Positions 29,257 through 38,520 of a DNA stretch of 64,000 nt are shown here, piece after piece. Numbering within the stretch: the first letter of the stretch is position 1; each line of letters opens with the position of its first letter. Location: IMG/VR virus record IMGVR_UViG_3300030061_003600, one strand, 5' to 3'. The translations under genes were made by a program, and so were the position numbers. The notes under the pieces were generated by a model. It was given only the letters and a program-made list of their open reading frames with translations, made no database searches and was not told the DNA's origin. The DNA comes from a virus.

Positions 29257-29260
29257 GTAT

Positions 29261-29656
29261 ATGTTATATAGAAAAGTAATACCTGCACCATTAGAAAAAG
29301 TAGAATTAGGAAAAAATAAAAAATCCACCTACTACTTAACTGCAAACTTATTTTATAGTAGTGTTCATTATCAAGTTAGAAAACAAGTAGTGGATGAAGC
29401 AAAGGCATTTCTCGCCCCACATTTGCAGGATTGCCCTGTGCTTGGAACTAATTTAAGCATTTCAATTGGATATAGAACCGATAAAAATTCACATTTTGAT
29501 TTAGATAACAAAGCATTTTTTTGGCAAAAAGTTATGTGTGACCTATTAAAAAGAATGGGTAAAATAGAAGATGATAGCGTTAAGCACATCCAACAAATAC
29601 ATTATTTTTATCAAAAAGGAGAGCCGAGTATAACTTTGCAAGTAAATAAGTTGTAA
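29261..29656 (+). CDS. rusA: RusA-like Holliday junction resolvase
   Basis: FDLDNKAFFWQKVMCDLL...GKIEDDSVKHI matches DxDN..K..D..DD; ATG at 29261 preferred over TTG at 29255. Confidence 0.75.
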   Translation: MLYRKVIPAPLEKVELGKNKKSTYYLTANLFYSSVHYQVRKQVVDEAKAFLAPHLQDCPVLGTNLSISIGYRTDKNSHFDLDNKAFFWQKVMCDLLKRMGKIEDDSVKHIQQIHYFYQKGEPSITLQVNKL

Positions 29657-29680
29657 TTACAATTATTTTATTTACTTTTG
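29651..29680 (+). promoter_or_regulatory. complete Bacteroidota-type promoter TTG-N19-TACTTTTG with overlapping palindrome TTGTAATTACAA
   Basis: -33 TTG at 29651-29653, 19-nt spacer, -7 at 29673-29680. Confidence 0.7.
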
Positions 29681-29714
29681 TTGCAATTAGATATTATTTA
29701 TTAAAATAAAATTT

Positions 29715-30158
29715 TTGTTCGTGAAACACACCAATTCTTTTGACCTCATTAAAAAATTAATGAAACTTGTTGATGCAAAAGGAATAGAAAAAGCAAAAAA
29801 AATTATTGAAAAAGGACTGAATGAAGGGTATGAAACTCAAGATTATCTTGTAGCATTTATTATTCAATCTGTATGTAAAAGTTTTAATATCTCCGAGAGT
29901 GAACTATTCATAGGCAAGAGCCGAAAGTTTGGAGTCAGAACCAAGGCAAGAGCAATGTTAGTATATATGTTGAAAACTCATCTTAACTTCTCTCAATCTC
30001 AAATTTCTCAAAATCTAAAATTAAATAAAGCAACCGTTAGTCGGGACTTTAAGTATATGGAAAATTTAAACCCCAAATTTCCTGAAGAAAAAAGACAATT
30101 AAATAAATTAAGTAATTTAAACACCGAAATACTACATTTCGTTGAAAATAATAAATAA
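29715..30158 (+). CDS. HTH DNA-binding protein, DnaA C-terminal-domain-like
   Basis: VCKSFNISESELFIGKSRK...KARAMLVYML...SQSQISQNLKLNKATVS; start may be GTG at 29721. Confidence 0.7.
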   Translation: MFVKHTNSFDLIKKLMKLVDAKGIEKAKKIIEKGLNEGYETQDYLVAFIIQSVCKSFNISESELFIGKSRKFGVRTKARAMLVYMLKTHLNFSQSQISQNLKLNKATVSRDFKYMENLNPKFPEEKRQLNKLSNLNTEILHFVENNK

Positions 30159-30159
30159 T

Positions 30160-31341
30160 ATGGCGGATATAAATACACCGGATTATTCGGAATTAAGTAC
30201 ACCTGACAACTTTAACCCATTTGATGAGCCGGTTATACAAAGAGAATATACAAAGCCAAAGGTTTCATATGACCCAAACTCTATTCAAACTATACCGGAA
30301 CCAACATATCAACAACCTAATTTAGATGAGTTACAGGAGGATGATTATGAGGATGATAAACCGGCATCTAAAAAAGAAAGACCATCTAAACCAAAATCAG
30401 GGTTTGGTTCGGATGACCCATTTGTAAATAACGATTTAGAAGATTATAGTAAAAAAGATGCAGATGAAAGTGCATCTCAAATGGTAGATACATTTTTAGA
30501 GGGATATAAGGTTGCTCATACTTTTGGACAAAAATACTTTACAATAGGCGAGGAAGAGATAGTAAAAAAAGCCATTAAAGGAGAGTTAAATCCTGATATG
30601 AGAATACCAATTTCTCAAACTAAAACAATTTCAGTTCACGAATTTATTGGAGAATATAATAGACAAGTTACTGAAGTTCTTGTAGTGGAAGATGAGTTTG
30701 TAGAAAAGGTAAGACCCGTAATGATTAGAGTATTCTCTGCAAGAGGTTATGGAATGACCGATGAGCAGTACCTAATGTTCGCATTTGGAAAGGATATATT
30801 ACAAAAAGGAGCACAACTTTATACATTCAAAAAATCACTTACACAGTCATTAAAAATGATGACAGAAATGTGGAACCAACAAGTTCAGCCACAATATAAT
30901 CCATCATCACCACCACCTTCTGAAGCAGGAGGACCTCCACCACAAGGACCTCCACCACAAGGACCTCCGCCACAGGAGCCACCACAACCTCCGCCTCCAC
31001 CACCAATGCAGCCACAACAACCAATGCCGAATGAAATGAATGATATTCCAATGGATGATATGCCAATGGATAATATGCCAATGGATGATATGCCTATAAA
31101 TGAAACCGTAGAAGAAGAAATGCTTCCACAAACTCAAGATATAGTTACGATGCACGATGATATGGAAGATGAAATTACACCAAAACCTGCAAAGAGAAGA
31201 AGAGGCAGACCAAAGAAAAAAATGAGATTAGAACCTACGGAAGAAGAAACTAAAACCACTATTATAGAGCCGGAGATAACAGATGTAGATTTAAATAAAG
31301 GTTTTGATATGTCAGATGCTATGGAAACTGAAGAAAAATAA
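30160..31341 (+). CDS. hypothetical protein with acidic N-terminus, helical core and Pro-rich repeats
   Basis: ATG directly after the upstream stop; GPPPQ x3, PMDDM x3, C-terminal KRRRGRPKKK. Confidence 0.75.
   Translation: MADINTPDYSELSTPDNFNPFDEPVIQREYTKPKVSYDPNSIQTIPEPTYQQPNLDELQEDDYEDDKPASKKERPSKPKSGFGSDDPFVNNDLEDYSKKDADESASQMVDTFLEGYKVAHTFGQKYFTIGEEEIVKKAIKGELNPDMRIPISQTKTISVHEFIGEYNRQVTEVLVVEDEFVEKVRPVMIRVFSARGYGMTDEQYLMFAFGKDILQKGAQLYTFKKSLTQSLKMMTEMWNQQVQPQYNPSSPPPSEAGGPPPQGPPPQGPPPQEPPQPPPPPPMQPQQPMPNEMNDIPMDDMPMDNMPMDDMPINETVEEEMLPQTQDIVTMHDDMEDEITPKPAKRRRGRPKKKMRLEPTEEETKTTIIEPEITDVDLNKGFDMSDAMETEEK
30931..31092 (+). repeat. two 15-bp tandem repeats (GGACCTCCACCACAA x3 at 30931-30975; CCAATGGATGATATG x3 at 31048-31092)
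   Basis: Read directly; near-perfect copies. Confidence 0.85.
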
Positions 31342-31985
31342 TGACTCATAGATTGACTGAAATATCAGAAAGATTAGGTGCTTGTAAGGCAGTTCATAAC
31401 TTTACAGAAGTATATGGTCCTATTTTTGACAAATATAAATCTCCTAAAATTTTAGAAGTAGGAATTGCAGAAGCAAAATCTATTAAAACATATTTAGAAT
31501 TTTTTGATTCTCCTACAATAATAGGTATGGATAAAATGTCAAAACATCCAAATATGGAAACGGATTATAAAACTGATTCCGAGAAAAATAATTGGAAATT
31601 TATTGAGGGCGACCAAACTTTTCCGGATGACCTTATGAAGTGTGAGTTAAAGGGGGGTTATGATATTATAATAGATGATGGGGGTCATATGATGAACCAA
31701 CAACAAATATCTTTTGGAATACTTATAGATATGGTTAAAAAGGGAGGTTATTATATTATAGAAGATTTGCACACTTCTTTTATGAGTGGATTTCAAATGT
31801 ATGACTCAAAATTCACAACCTATGAAATGTTAGAAAAAATTGAAAAAAGGGAATTAGGGTTTAGCAGTTATTTGACTAAAGAAATGCAGGAAAATATATT
31901 AGAAAAAGTGGACAAAATAAAAATATGGTCTACTAAAAATAAAAAATATGATAAAGGTATGACTGCAATTATAAAATTAAAATGA
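31341..31985 (+). CDS. class I SAM-dependent methyltransferase, sugar O-methyltransferase-like
   Basis: ILEVGI, FIEGDQT, YDIIIDDGGH, YYIIEDLHTS. Confidence 0.8.
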   Translation: MTHRLTEISERLGACKAVHNFTEVYGPIFDKYKSPKILEVGIAEAKSIKTYLEFFDSPTIIGMDKMSKHPNMETDYKTDSEKNNWKFIEGDQTFPDDLMKCELKGGYDIIIDDGGHMMNQQQISFGILIDMVKKGGYYIIEDLHTSFMSGFQMYDSKFTTYEMLEKIEKRELGFSSYLTKEMQENILEKVDKIKIWSTKNKKYDKGMTAIIKLK

Positions 31986-32007
31986 GTATTAACCTAAAAT
32001 TTAAATT

Positions 32008-32217
32008 ATGAAAACATTTATTTTTTTAGTAGTTCTTGTTCTTTTTGGTCTTTCTGTTTATTATTTGTGCCATAAAAAAGGTAAGTGTAAAACCACTCCT
32101 TCAAAGGCAAAAGATAAAAGAGTAGAAAGCATTAAAAGGGCACAAAAGAATCTACACCCTGAATACAACAAAGGAGTTGATAGGGGAGCAAATGGAAGAT
32201 TTACAAAAAAGCGATAG
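32008..32217 (+). CDS. small N-terminal TM protein with basic tail
   Basis: TM FIFLVVLVLFGLSVYYL; C-terminal RGANGRFTKKR. Confidence 0.65.
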   Translation: MKTFIFLVVLVLFGLSVYYLCHKKGKCKTTPSKAKDKRVESIKRAQKNLHPEYNKGVDRGANGRFTKKR

Positions 32218-32222
32218 ACACT

Positions 32223-32930
32223 ATGAAATATAGGAGAAAGAGGGTTTTAGTATGTGGACCCCAATCAGATATTAAAAAGTATTGTTTTGATGATTGGGCA
32301 GAAAATGTAAAAAAATTTACTTATCCTGATTACGATGTCTTTCTTGCTGACAATTCATTAACAAAAGATTTTAGCGAGTACATAAAATCTAAAGGTTTTG
32401 ATTGTATAAATATAACTGAAGAGGATAATAAAGATTCAGTATTAAAAAGATTAGCCATAAGCCACGAATTATGCAGACAATATGCATTAAGAAAAAATTA
32501 TGACTATATACTTCATCTTGAAACAGATGTTTTTCCTCCTCCTGATGTTATTGAGAAATTAATGTTTGAAAGAAAGCCAATTATTGGTGCAGTTTATCAA
32601 TTAAATGATAATGAGAATAGACAACCAATGCTTAATAGGATTTCTTCTAATTCTGATGACCATAGGTGTGCTATATCAGGAAGCAGCAATAACTTTATGA
32701 TAAATGGTAAACCTGTTCAAACACTATCCGCAGGGTTAGGTTGCATTTTAATTGCAAGACCTATATTTAAAAAATATGACTTTAGATATATTGAGGGTCA
32801 AAGTTGGTTTCCTGATGTAGTTTTTATAAATGATTTGTATAGAAGCAATCAAAAGTATTTTGCTCATACAGGAATTATATGCGAACATAGAAACTCAAAA
32901 TGGGGAGAATGGGGAAAAGATTATAAATAA
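32223..32930 (+). CDS. GT-A fold glycosyltransferase
   Basis: YILHLETDVFPP, AGLGCILIAR, PDVVF, C-terminal CEH. Confidence 0.75.
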   Translation: MKYRRKRVLVCGPQSDIKKYCFDDWAENVKKFTYPDYDVFLADNSLTKDFSEYIKSKGFDCINITEEDNKDSVLKRLAISHELCRQYALRKNYDYILHLETDVFPPPDVIEKLMFERKPIIGAVYQLNDNENRQPMLNRISSNSDDHRCAISGSSNNFMINGKPVQTLSAGLGCILIARPIFKKYDFRYIEGQSWFPDVVFINDLYRSNQKYFAHTGIICEHRNSKWGEWGKDYK

Positions 32931-33015
32931 AATAAAAAAAAATGACAGGAGAACAATACAAAGGTATGATGGACTTGCTTAAACAAATTTTAATACAACT
33001 CAAAAGAATAAAAAA

Positions 33016-33168
33016 ATGCTAATAACATATTTGGGATTTATTTTTTTAGGAATAATACTATTTTGTTTTGCGTGTAGTATTATCTCATTAATTGTTAATA
33101 GGAATAGTCCTGTTGATAAGCAAAACGAAAAATTGATAAAAAATATGAATAAACTAAAAAATAAATAG
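33016..33168 (+). CDS. small TM protein (50 aa, not in ORF track)
   Basis: MLITYLGFIFLGIILFCFACSIISLIV...; stop abuts the ATG at 33169. Confidence 0.6.
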   Translation: MLITYLGFIFLGIILFCFACSIISLIVNRNSPVDKQNEKLIKNMNKLKNK

Positions 33169-33594
33169 ATGGCAGATTTTAAAGAAAACATAACTAATGT
33201 TAGTCAATCAGATAAAAACAAATACTATAAAAATTTTAAATGGAAAATGCCCGGGGATATAAATAAATATCTTGGTGAAAGGGAAAAGGGAAGGGACACT
33301 TCTATGAAAGGACAAAAAGGAAGATTAGAGGAGCAGTTAGATTTAAGAAAAAAGTATGTAGAACTTTTAGAGCAAAAAGAAAAATCACTTAAAAAGTTTG
33401 TTGAAGAGCCGAGTGATGAAAATAAATTAATACTTGAATTAGCAACCGCAGAAGTAGATTTATACAATATAAAGATTGAAATCGTTGCTCAAAAAAATGT
33501 CTATGTAGACACCTATATTTATTATAAAGAAGATTTTATGAAAAGATTTGAAAATGGAGAAGAGGAAAAGAAGGTTAATAATTACGAAAAATAA
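33169..33594 (+). CDS. coiled-coil hypothetical protein
   Basis: Helical charged pattern; tiles with neighbours. Confidence 0.65.
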   Translation: MADFKENITNVSQSDKNKYYKNFKWKMPGDINKYLGEREKGRDTSMKGQKGRLEEQLDLRKKYVELLEQKEKSLKKFVEEPSDENKLILELATAEVDLYNIKIEIVAQKNVYVDTYIYYKEDFMKRFENGEEEKKVNNYEK

Positions 33595-33597
33595 GAT

Positions 33598-34416
33598 ATG
33601 AGAGAACCAAAACTCGGTATGGCAGTAGGAAAAAAAGGGATTGGTAAAACTTACCAAACCAAAATTCTAATTGAGTCCTATGTATATGGAAACCCTGAAA
33701 AGGGTGTGTTGCCAAGAAGAGTTTTAATTTTAGATGTAAATGATGAGTTTGTAGATTATAAAGCCATTTCAATGAAAGATTTGGTAAAGTTTTCAGTTAT
33801 GCCTAATGCAGAAATAAGAAGAGTAAGACCTTTTGATGAGAAAACAGGAATTAGATTAACTTTAAAAGAGATAGCAAATTGCTTATGGGACATACTTCAT
33901 TATTTCCGAGGGGGTATGCTATTAATTGAAGATATAAACAAATATGTAGGTGACCACTTGCCAACAGATATAGTTGGTGCAATATGTTCTAATAGACATA
34001 CGGATTTAGATATAATTATGCATTTTCAGAGCATTGGAAGAATAACAACAAAAGTATGGCAAAATGCTAATTGGTTAAGATTTCATAAAAACTCTGATAG
34101 TATAGAAAGGCATAGAAATAAATTTCCTGATAAATATGAAATGTTTAGTATTGCGGAAAATATAGTAAATACTCAATACTTTAATGACAATCCACGGTAT
34201 TTTGTATATGTAGATTTAGATGAGGAAAAGATAAAAGGAAAAATGAGTGAAACAATTATTTTAAATGGAATTGATGAATATCTGTCCCGAAATTTTAATT
34301 CAGTTGTAAAACCTGCTATAAACAAAAAAAGTTTAACAGATGGCTCTAAAATAGATAGAGATGAAGCAATACAAAAGGTAAGAGATAGAATCAGGATTCA
34401 ATACTTTGATAAATAA
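33598..34416 (+). CDS. FtsK/HerA-superfamily (A32/P9-like) genome packaging ATPase
   Basis: Walker A GKKGIGKT near N-terminus, VLILDVNDEF, Walker B LLIEDIN, RH...IIMHFQS motif; single-domain size (272 aa). Confidence 0.75.
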   Translation: MREPKLGMAVGKKGIGKTYQTKILIESYVYGNPEKGVLPRRVLILDVNDEFVDYKAISMKDLVKFSVMPNAEIRRVRPFDEKTGIRLTLKEIANCLWDILHYFRGGMLLIEDINKYVGDHLPTDIVGAICSNRHTDLDIIMHFQSIGRITTKVWQNANWLRFHKNSDSIERHRNKFPDKYEMFSIAENIVNTQYFNDNPRYFVYVDLDEEKIKGKMSETIILNGIDEYLSRNFNSVVKPAINKKSLTDGSKIDRDEAIQKVRDRIRIQYFDK

Positions 34417-34921
34417 TATGCCATATAGTTATAGCGATTATAAAATAGAGATTAGATTTTTTTTAAAAAAAACCATACCGGTTGGTGCAAAAATTTTAGA
34501 TGTAGGACCGGGTGCGGGAACCTATTTGAATTTGTGTCAGGGGTTAGGTTATAAAATGGATTGCATTGAAATACATAAACCCTATATAAATGAATTCAAA
34601 TTAAAAGAAAAATATGACAATGTATATGAAGGAGATATTTTAGATTTTGACATATCTAAATACGAGGTTATTATTTTAGGAGATATTTTAGAACACTTAA
34701 ACATTAAAGATGCTCAAGATTTGATAAATAAAATAACTGAAAAAAAAATAAAATGTTTAGTAGCAGTTCCTTATGAAATGGAACAAGGAGAACTTGAAGG
34801 TAATGTTTATGAAACTCATTTGCAACCTGATTTAACTCCCGATATTATGTTAGAAAGATACCCGAATTTAAAGTTGCTTATTGGAAATGAAAGGTATGGA
34901 TATTATATAAATAAAAATTAA
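34406..34921 (+). CDS. class I SAM-dependent methyltransferase
   Basis: ILDVGPGAG, IILGDILEHL; start may be 34418. Confidence 0.8.
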   Translation: MINNMPYSYSDYKIEIRFFLKKTIPVGAKILDVGPGAGTYLNLCQGLGYKMDCIEIHKPYINEFKLKEKYDNVYEGDILDFDISKYEVIILGDILEHLNIKDAQDLINKITEKKIKCLVAVPYEMEQGELEGNVYETHLQPDLTPDIMLERYPNLKLLIGNERYGYYINKN

Positions 34922-34930
34922 AAATAAAAA

Positions 34931-36403
34931 ATGAAGAGATACGATATTATAAATGCGTTAATCAAAAAAAATAATTATAAAACATATCTTGAAATAGGAG
35001 TTAGAGATAAAAAATGTTTTAATAAAATAAATATAGAAGATAAGAAAGGATGCGACCCATTAAATGAGGAGTTTTTAAAAGATTTCTCTGCTCATAAGAG
35101 CACTTTAACAAATCAATGGCACCCCTCTCAAGTAGATGTAGATTTTAGAATGACTTCCGATGAGTATTTTAAAAATTATAAGCACAAATATGATATTATT
35201 TTTATAGATGGATTACACGAAAATGAGCAAGTATATAGAGATATTAATAATTCTTTAGAATCTTTAAATAAAGGTGGCACAATTGTAATGCACGATTGTT
35301 TGCCAACAGAAGAAATTCATCAAATAGTTCCGCAGCAACAAAGTTTTTGGAATGGAGATGTATGGAAAGCATTTGTAAGAGTTAGAAACGAAAGAAAAGA
35401 TGTAGAGATGTCAGTTGTTGATACTGATACAGGTGTTGGCATAATTACATTTGATAAAAAGAAAAAACCTGCTATTGATGGAAAAGTAATTCTTGATTGG
35501 AAAAACTATTCTAATAACAAAGAGGATTGGATGAATGTTAAAAGTAAAGCCGATTTTAAAAAAGAAGTAGGAGAAGAAAACTTTTTACAAAAAAGAGCCC
35601 AAAGTTTTTTTCATAGCGGAAGTTTAGGAGATGTTATATTCTCATTGCCTTTTATCATTAAAAAAGGAGGTGGAGATATATATTTAAAAAATAAACATCA
35701 GTTTTCTGCAATTGATAAACAATACAATTCTTTGTATAGATTATTAAAATCACAACCATACATAAATAATGTAAATTTATATAAAGATGGATATGGAGAT
35801 AAAACTTATAAAAAAGGTTCAACTTCTGAAATAGACACTAATGCTAAAGTTAAATATGATAACTCGGTAGAATTAGATATTGATTTAGATTATTTTAGAT
35901 TATCTCCAAAATTATGGGAAGAACAATTGGTGTTTTCATATTTCCGTGTTTGGAATGAAAGCCCTGACAAAACACCTTTTCCTTTTATCTTGCTAAAAGA
36001 AGATTTTAAATTCAAAACTGAATCTTTAAATAATAATATAGAAATTCCAAAAGGAAATTTCAATGTATTTCATATTACTCAAAGATATAGAGATGGGGTA
36101 GAATTTGATTGGGAAAAATGCATTAAAAAGCAAGAAAACAAAAACTATTATATAGGGCTACAATCAGAATACGATGCTTTTATAAAAGAGTATGATGTAA
36201 AAGATGATTTGATATTTTATGGGGATAAAGTAAAAGACCTTTATGATATGGCTTGGATTATCAAAAAATGTGATAATTTTTATTGCAATCCATCCGTTTC
36301 TCAAGCAATTGCTATGGGTCTATATAAAAAATATCATATAGCAATCAATCCTAAAATAAAAAATGTTTTGACAGGTATGCCAATTGAAATAGTATTGAAA
36401 TAA
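34931..36403 (+). CDS. fusion of a Methyltransf_24-like domain and a GT-B (GT9-like) glycosyltransferase
   Basis: YLEIGV, YDIIFIDGLH, IVMHDCLP; then HSGSLGDVIFSLP. Confidence 0.7.
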   Translation: MKRYDIINALIKKNNYKTYLEIGVRDKKCFNKINIEDKKGCDPLNEEFLKDFSAHKSTLTNQWHPSQVDVDFRMTSDEYFKNYKHKYDIIFIDGLHENEQVYRDINNSLESLNKGGTIVMHDCLPTEEIHQIVPQQQSFWNGDVWKAFVRVRNERKDVEMSVVDTDTGVGIITFDKKKKPAIDGKVILDWKNYSNNKEDWMNVKSKADFKKEVGEENFLQKRAQSFFHSGSLGDVIFSLPFIIKKGGGDIYLKNKHQFSAIDKQYNSLYRLLKSQPYINNVNLYKDGYGDKTYKKGSTSEIDTNAKVKYDNSVELDIDLDYFRLSPKLWEEQLVFSYFRVWNESPDKTPFPFILLKEDFKFKTESLNNNIEIPKGNFNVFHITQRYRDGVEFDWEKCIKKQENKNYYIGLQSEYDAFIKEYDVKDDLIFYGDKVKDLYDMAWIIKKCDNFYCNPSVSQAIAMGLYKKYHIAINPKIKNVLTGMPIEIVLK

Positions 36404-36424
36404 AAGAAAGTTTATTTTTTTATA

Positions 36425-36432
36425 TATCTTTG
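36425..36432 (+). promoter_or_regulatory. Bacteroidota-type -7 element TATCTTTG
   Basis: TAnnTTTG 4 nt before the ATG at 36437 (would give a leaderless mRNA). Confidence 0.45.
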
Positions 36433-36436
36433 CCTA

Positions 36437-36664
36437 ATGAAAAATAAATTAGGTTTAATAGTTGGAGGAACCACTTTTGTTTTGTTTATGACCGAAGCAA
36501 TTATGCATTTTAATATGGGTCAAAACTATAAAAAACATAAAAAAGAAGATATTGACACTTTCAAATTACCTGATACAAAAGAGTTAGGAAAATTGGCTTT
36601 AGTTGTCGGCATTTTCTCTATAATGAATGGGGTTATAATAAGTGAAATAAAAAAAACACTTTAA
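36437..36664 (+). CDS. small two-TM membrane protein
   Basis: Hydrophobic segments at both ends. Confidence 0.7.
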   Translation: MKNKLGLIVGGTTFVLFMTEAIMHFNMGQNYKKHKKEDIDTFKLPDTKELGKLALVVGIFSIMNGVIISEIKKTL

Positions 36665-36763
36665 TCTCAACCTAATTTCAACATTTTTCATATGTTTTCA
36701 GGGTTAAATGATATTTTTTAAAATAACTTCAACAAAACCCGTTTCACAATTTATTTACTATAT

Positions 36764-36796
36764 ATATAACCAAACCTGTTATATCTTCTAAATTTG
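36764..36796 (+). promoter_or_regulatory. putative capsid-operon promoter: -7 element TAAATTTG (36789-36796) preceded by inverted repeat ATATAAC-N7-GTTATAT
   Basis: Read directly in a ~190-nt non-coding gap. Confidence 0.5.
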
Positions 36797-36851
36797 TCCT
36801 GTATTAATTAATGGCTTGTGCCAAGTTTAATTTAAAAAAATCTTTAGTAAG

Positions 36852-36986
36852 ATGATTGAAGGCAAAGGAAAAAAATCAATGTGGATGGGAGTATTCGGAG
36901 TTGCATTTGGTGTAATGGTAGGTATCATTGCGGCAGATATGGTGAAGAAAAACTTCTTAAACAAAGATGGAGAAGAAGCAGCATAG
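36852..36986 (+). CDS. small TM protein (44 aa, not in ORF track)
   Basis: MIEGKGKKSMWMGVFGVAFGVMVGIIAADMVKK... Confidence 0.7.
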   Translation: MIEGKGKKSMWMGVFGVAFGVMVGIIAADMVKKNFLNKDGEEAA

Positions 36987-37179
36987 TTATGGATTGTAAG
37001 TCCTACGGGCATTTCGTTAAAAGTTCTCCTCCCGTTGAGCAATGCTCCGGTTGAGTTGAGAATGGATAACAAACATAGTTATGAAGTTTTGTAAAAATGG
37101 GACAACCCGTAAGGGGAGTTTTTGATTTAATAGGAAAGTCCTATTAATTAGTGTTAAACCAAAAAAAATTAAAGAAAAA
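36987..37179 (+). ncRNA. putative structured RNA / 5' leader of the capsid gene
   Basis: GC-richer than flanks; CCC-GTAA-GGG, TTAATAGGA-AAG-TCCTATTAA (37127-37147), possible GGGCATT/AATGCTC pairing. Confidence 0.4.
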
Positions 37180-37899
37180 ATGGAAAATTTAAACCGTTAT
37201 TTCTCTGATGCAGAAGAAAACATCTCAAATGAGTATATGTCAGCAGATGGCGTAAACGAATGGGATGATGCTTTTGACTTTGGTGGTTCCGAAGAAGAGT
37301 ACCTAAATGCAGTAGGGTCTGCTGATGCAAGTTCATCACAACCTTACATCATTTCACTTTATAACTCTACGGCAGCAGATATTGCTTCTGTTGAGGTAGG
37401 AGGTGCGTATAACAACATTACAACGACTGTTGGCGATAAAGCCAATACTGCGGGTGTTGCATATACAATGGGTATTTCAGGTGTAACTTATCTTGAATTT
37501 TTGTGGCAAAGTAGTTCAAAACCATTCGTGGTTGGACTTACTTACTTACAATCTGATGGAGGTTCATCTCAAGTTCTTGAAACTATCGTAGTGAAAGTAG
37601 TGGACTCTAATGGTAACCAACAACAAAAAACTCTTGTTCCAACAATTGACCCTTACCAAAACCAAACAGACATTACTGTATTAAAGCATACCTACAAGTG
37701 GGATGGCTTTACTACATTAACAGTTAATAATGTGACTGCAAAGAAAACTTTAAAAGTTTACTTGTTCCCATCTGAAACTGTTTCTCAAGGTCGTGCTCTA
37801 ACAGGCAATTCAATTGCTCGTGGTTATGGTAATCCAAATGTTGTAAGACAAGATAAAATTGTTTTAGGTCAAGGAGTTGCTCGTGCATTAAGAGGTTAG
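37180..37899 (+). CDS. major capsid protein candidate (single jelly-roll-sized beta domain after an acidic leader)
   Basis: About eight beta-strand segments in ~140 aa; high-expression codon bias (CGT, GGT, TAC, AAC, ATC) unlike neighbours; own leader and terminator; near the ATPase. Confidence 0.6.
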   Translation: MENLNRYFSDAEENISNEYMSADGVNEWDDAFDFGGSEEEYLNAVGSADASSSQPYIISLYNSTAADIASVEVGGAYNNITTTVGDKANTAGVAYTMGISGVTYLEFLWQSSSKPFVVGLTYLQSDGGSSQVLETIVVKVVDSNGNQQQKTLVPTIDPYQNQTDITVLKHTYKWDGFTTLTVNNVTAKKTLKVYLFPSETVSQGRALTGNSIARGYGNPNVVRQDKIVLGQGVARALRG

Positions 37900-37924
37900 T
37901 ATTAACCTTATGAGATTAGATATT

Positions 37925-37977
37925 AAATGGGGCAGAGGCATATGCAAAGGCATTTGTTTCAAGCCCCATTTTTTTTA
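37925..37977 (+). terminator. intrinsic terminator after the capsid gene
   Basis: AAATGGGGC ... GCCCCATTT stem followed by a T-run. Confidence 0.8.
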
Positions 37978-38000
37978 CGAAAAGATTAAAAAAAGATAGA

Positions 38001-38519
38001 ATGAGTTTATACGAATATATTGCATTAAACAATTCCCACGGGGCAAATGACCTGTTGGGAAATTATGGTTTTAAAGCCACAGATAGTATAGATAAGTTAA
38101 TAGATAGATTAAAAATGATTGTGAGGAAATATAAAAAGATTGCCTTGCAAGATATTAGTGAGATACATCCTGATAAGGATTTACTCTCTTCATTTACTAT
38201 CTCTAATAGTTCGGATAAAGAATTTGCTTATGCAACCGGTAGAACACCCGGATTTGAAGAACCAATTGTAGAGGTAGCACCTGAAGAACCAACCTTTGAG
38301 CCACCCCCAAAAGACCCTTTCGTTGCTACGGAAGTAATAGCGGAAATAAAAGATGTAAAAAAACAAATTCTGAAAGATAAAGTCCGAAGAGAAATAAATG
38401 AAAGGAGAAGAAGAAGGGAAAGAAACAGAAGAACTAATCATATGGGTTCAATGCAAAATTCTCCAATGCTTCTTTTAGCAGTAGGTTTCGCAGTAGGATA
38501 TATTATAGCAAAAAAATAA
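38001..38519 (+). CDS. putative virion membrane protein
   Basis: C-terminal TM; FAYATG motif; Arg-rich stretch. Confidence 0.7.
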   Translation: MSLYEYIALNNSHGANDLLGNYGFKATDSIDKLIDRLKMIVRKYKKIALQDISEIHPDKDLLSSFTISNSSDKEFAYATGRTPGFEEPIVEVAPEEPTFEPPPKDPFVATEVIAEIKDVKKQILKDKVRREINERRRRRERNRRTNHMGSMQNSPMLLLAVGFAVGYIIAKK

Positions 38520-38520
38520 T

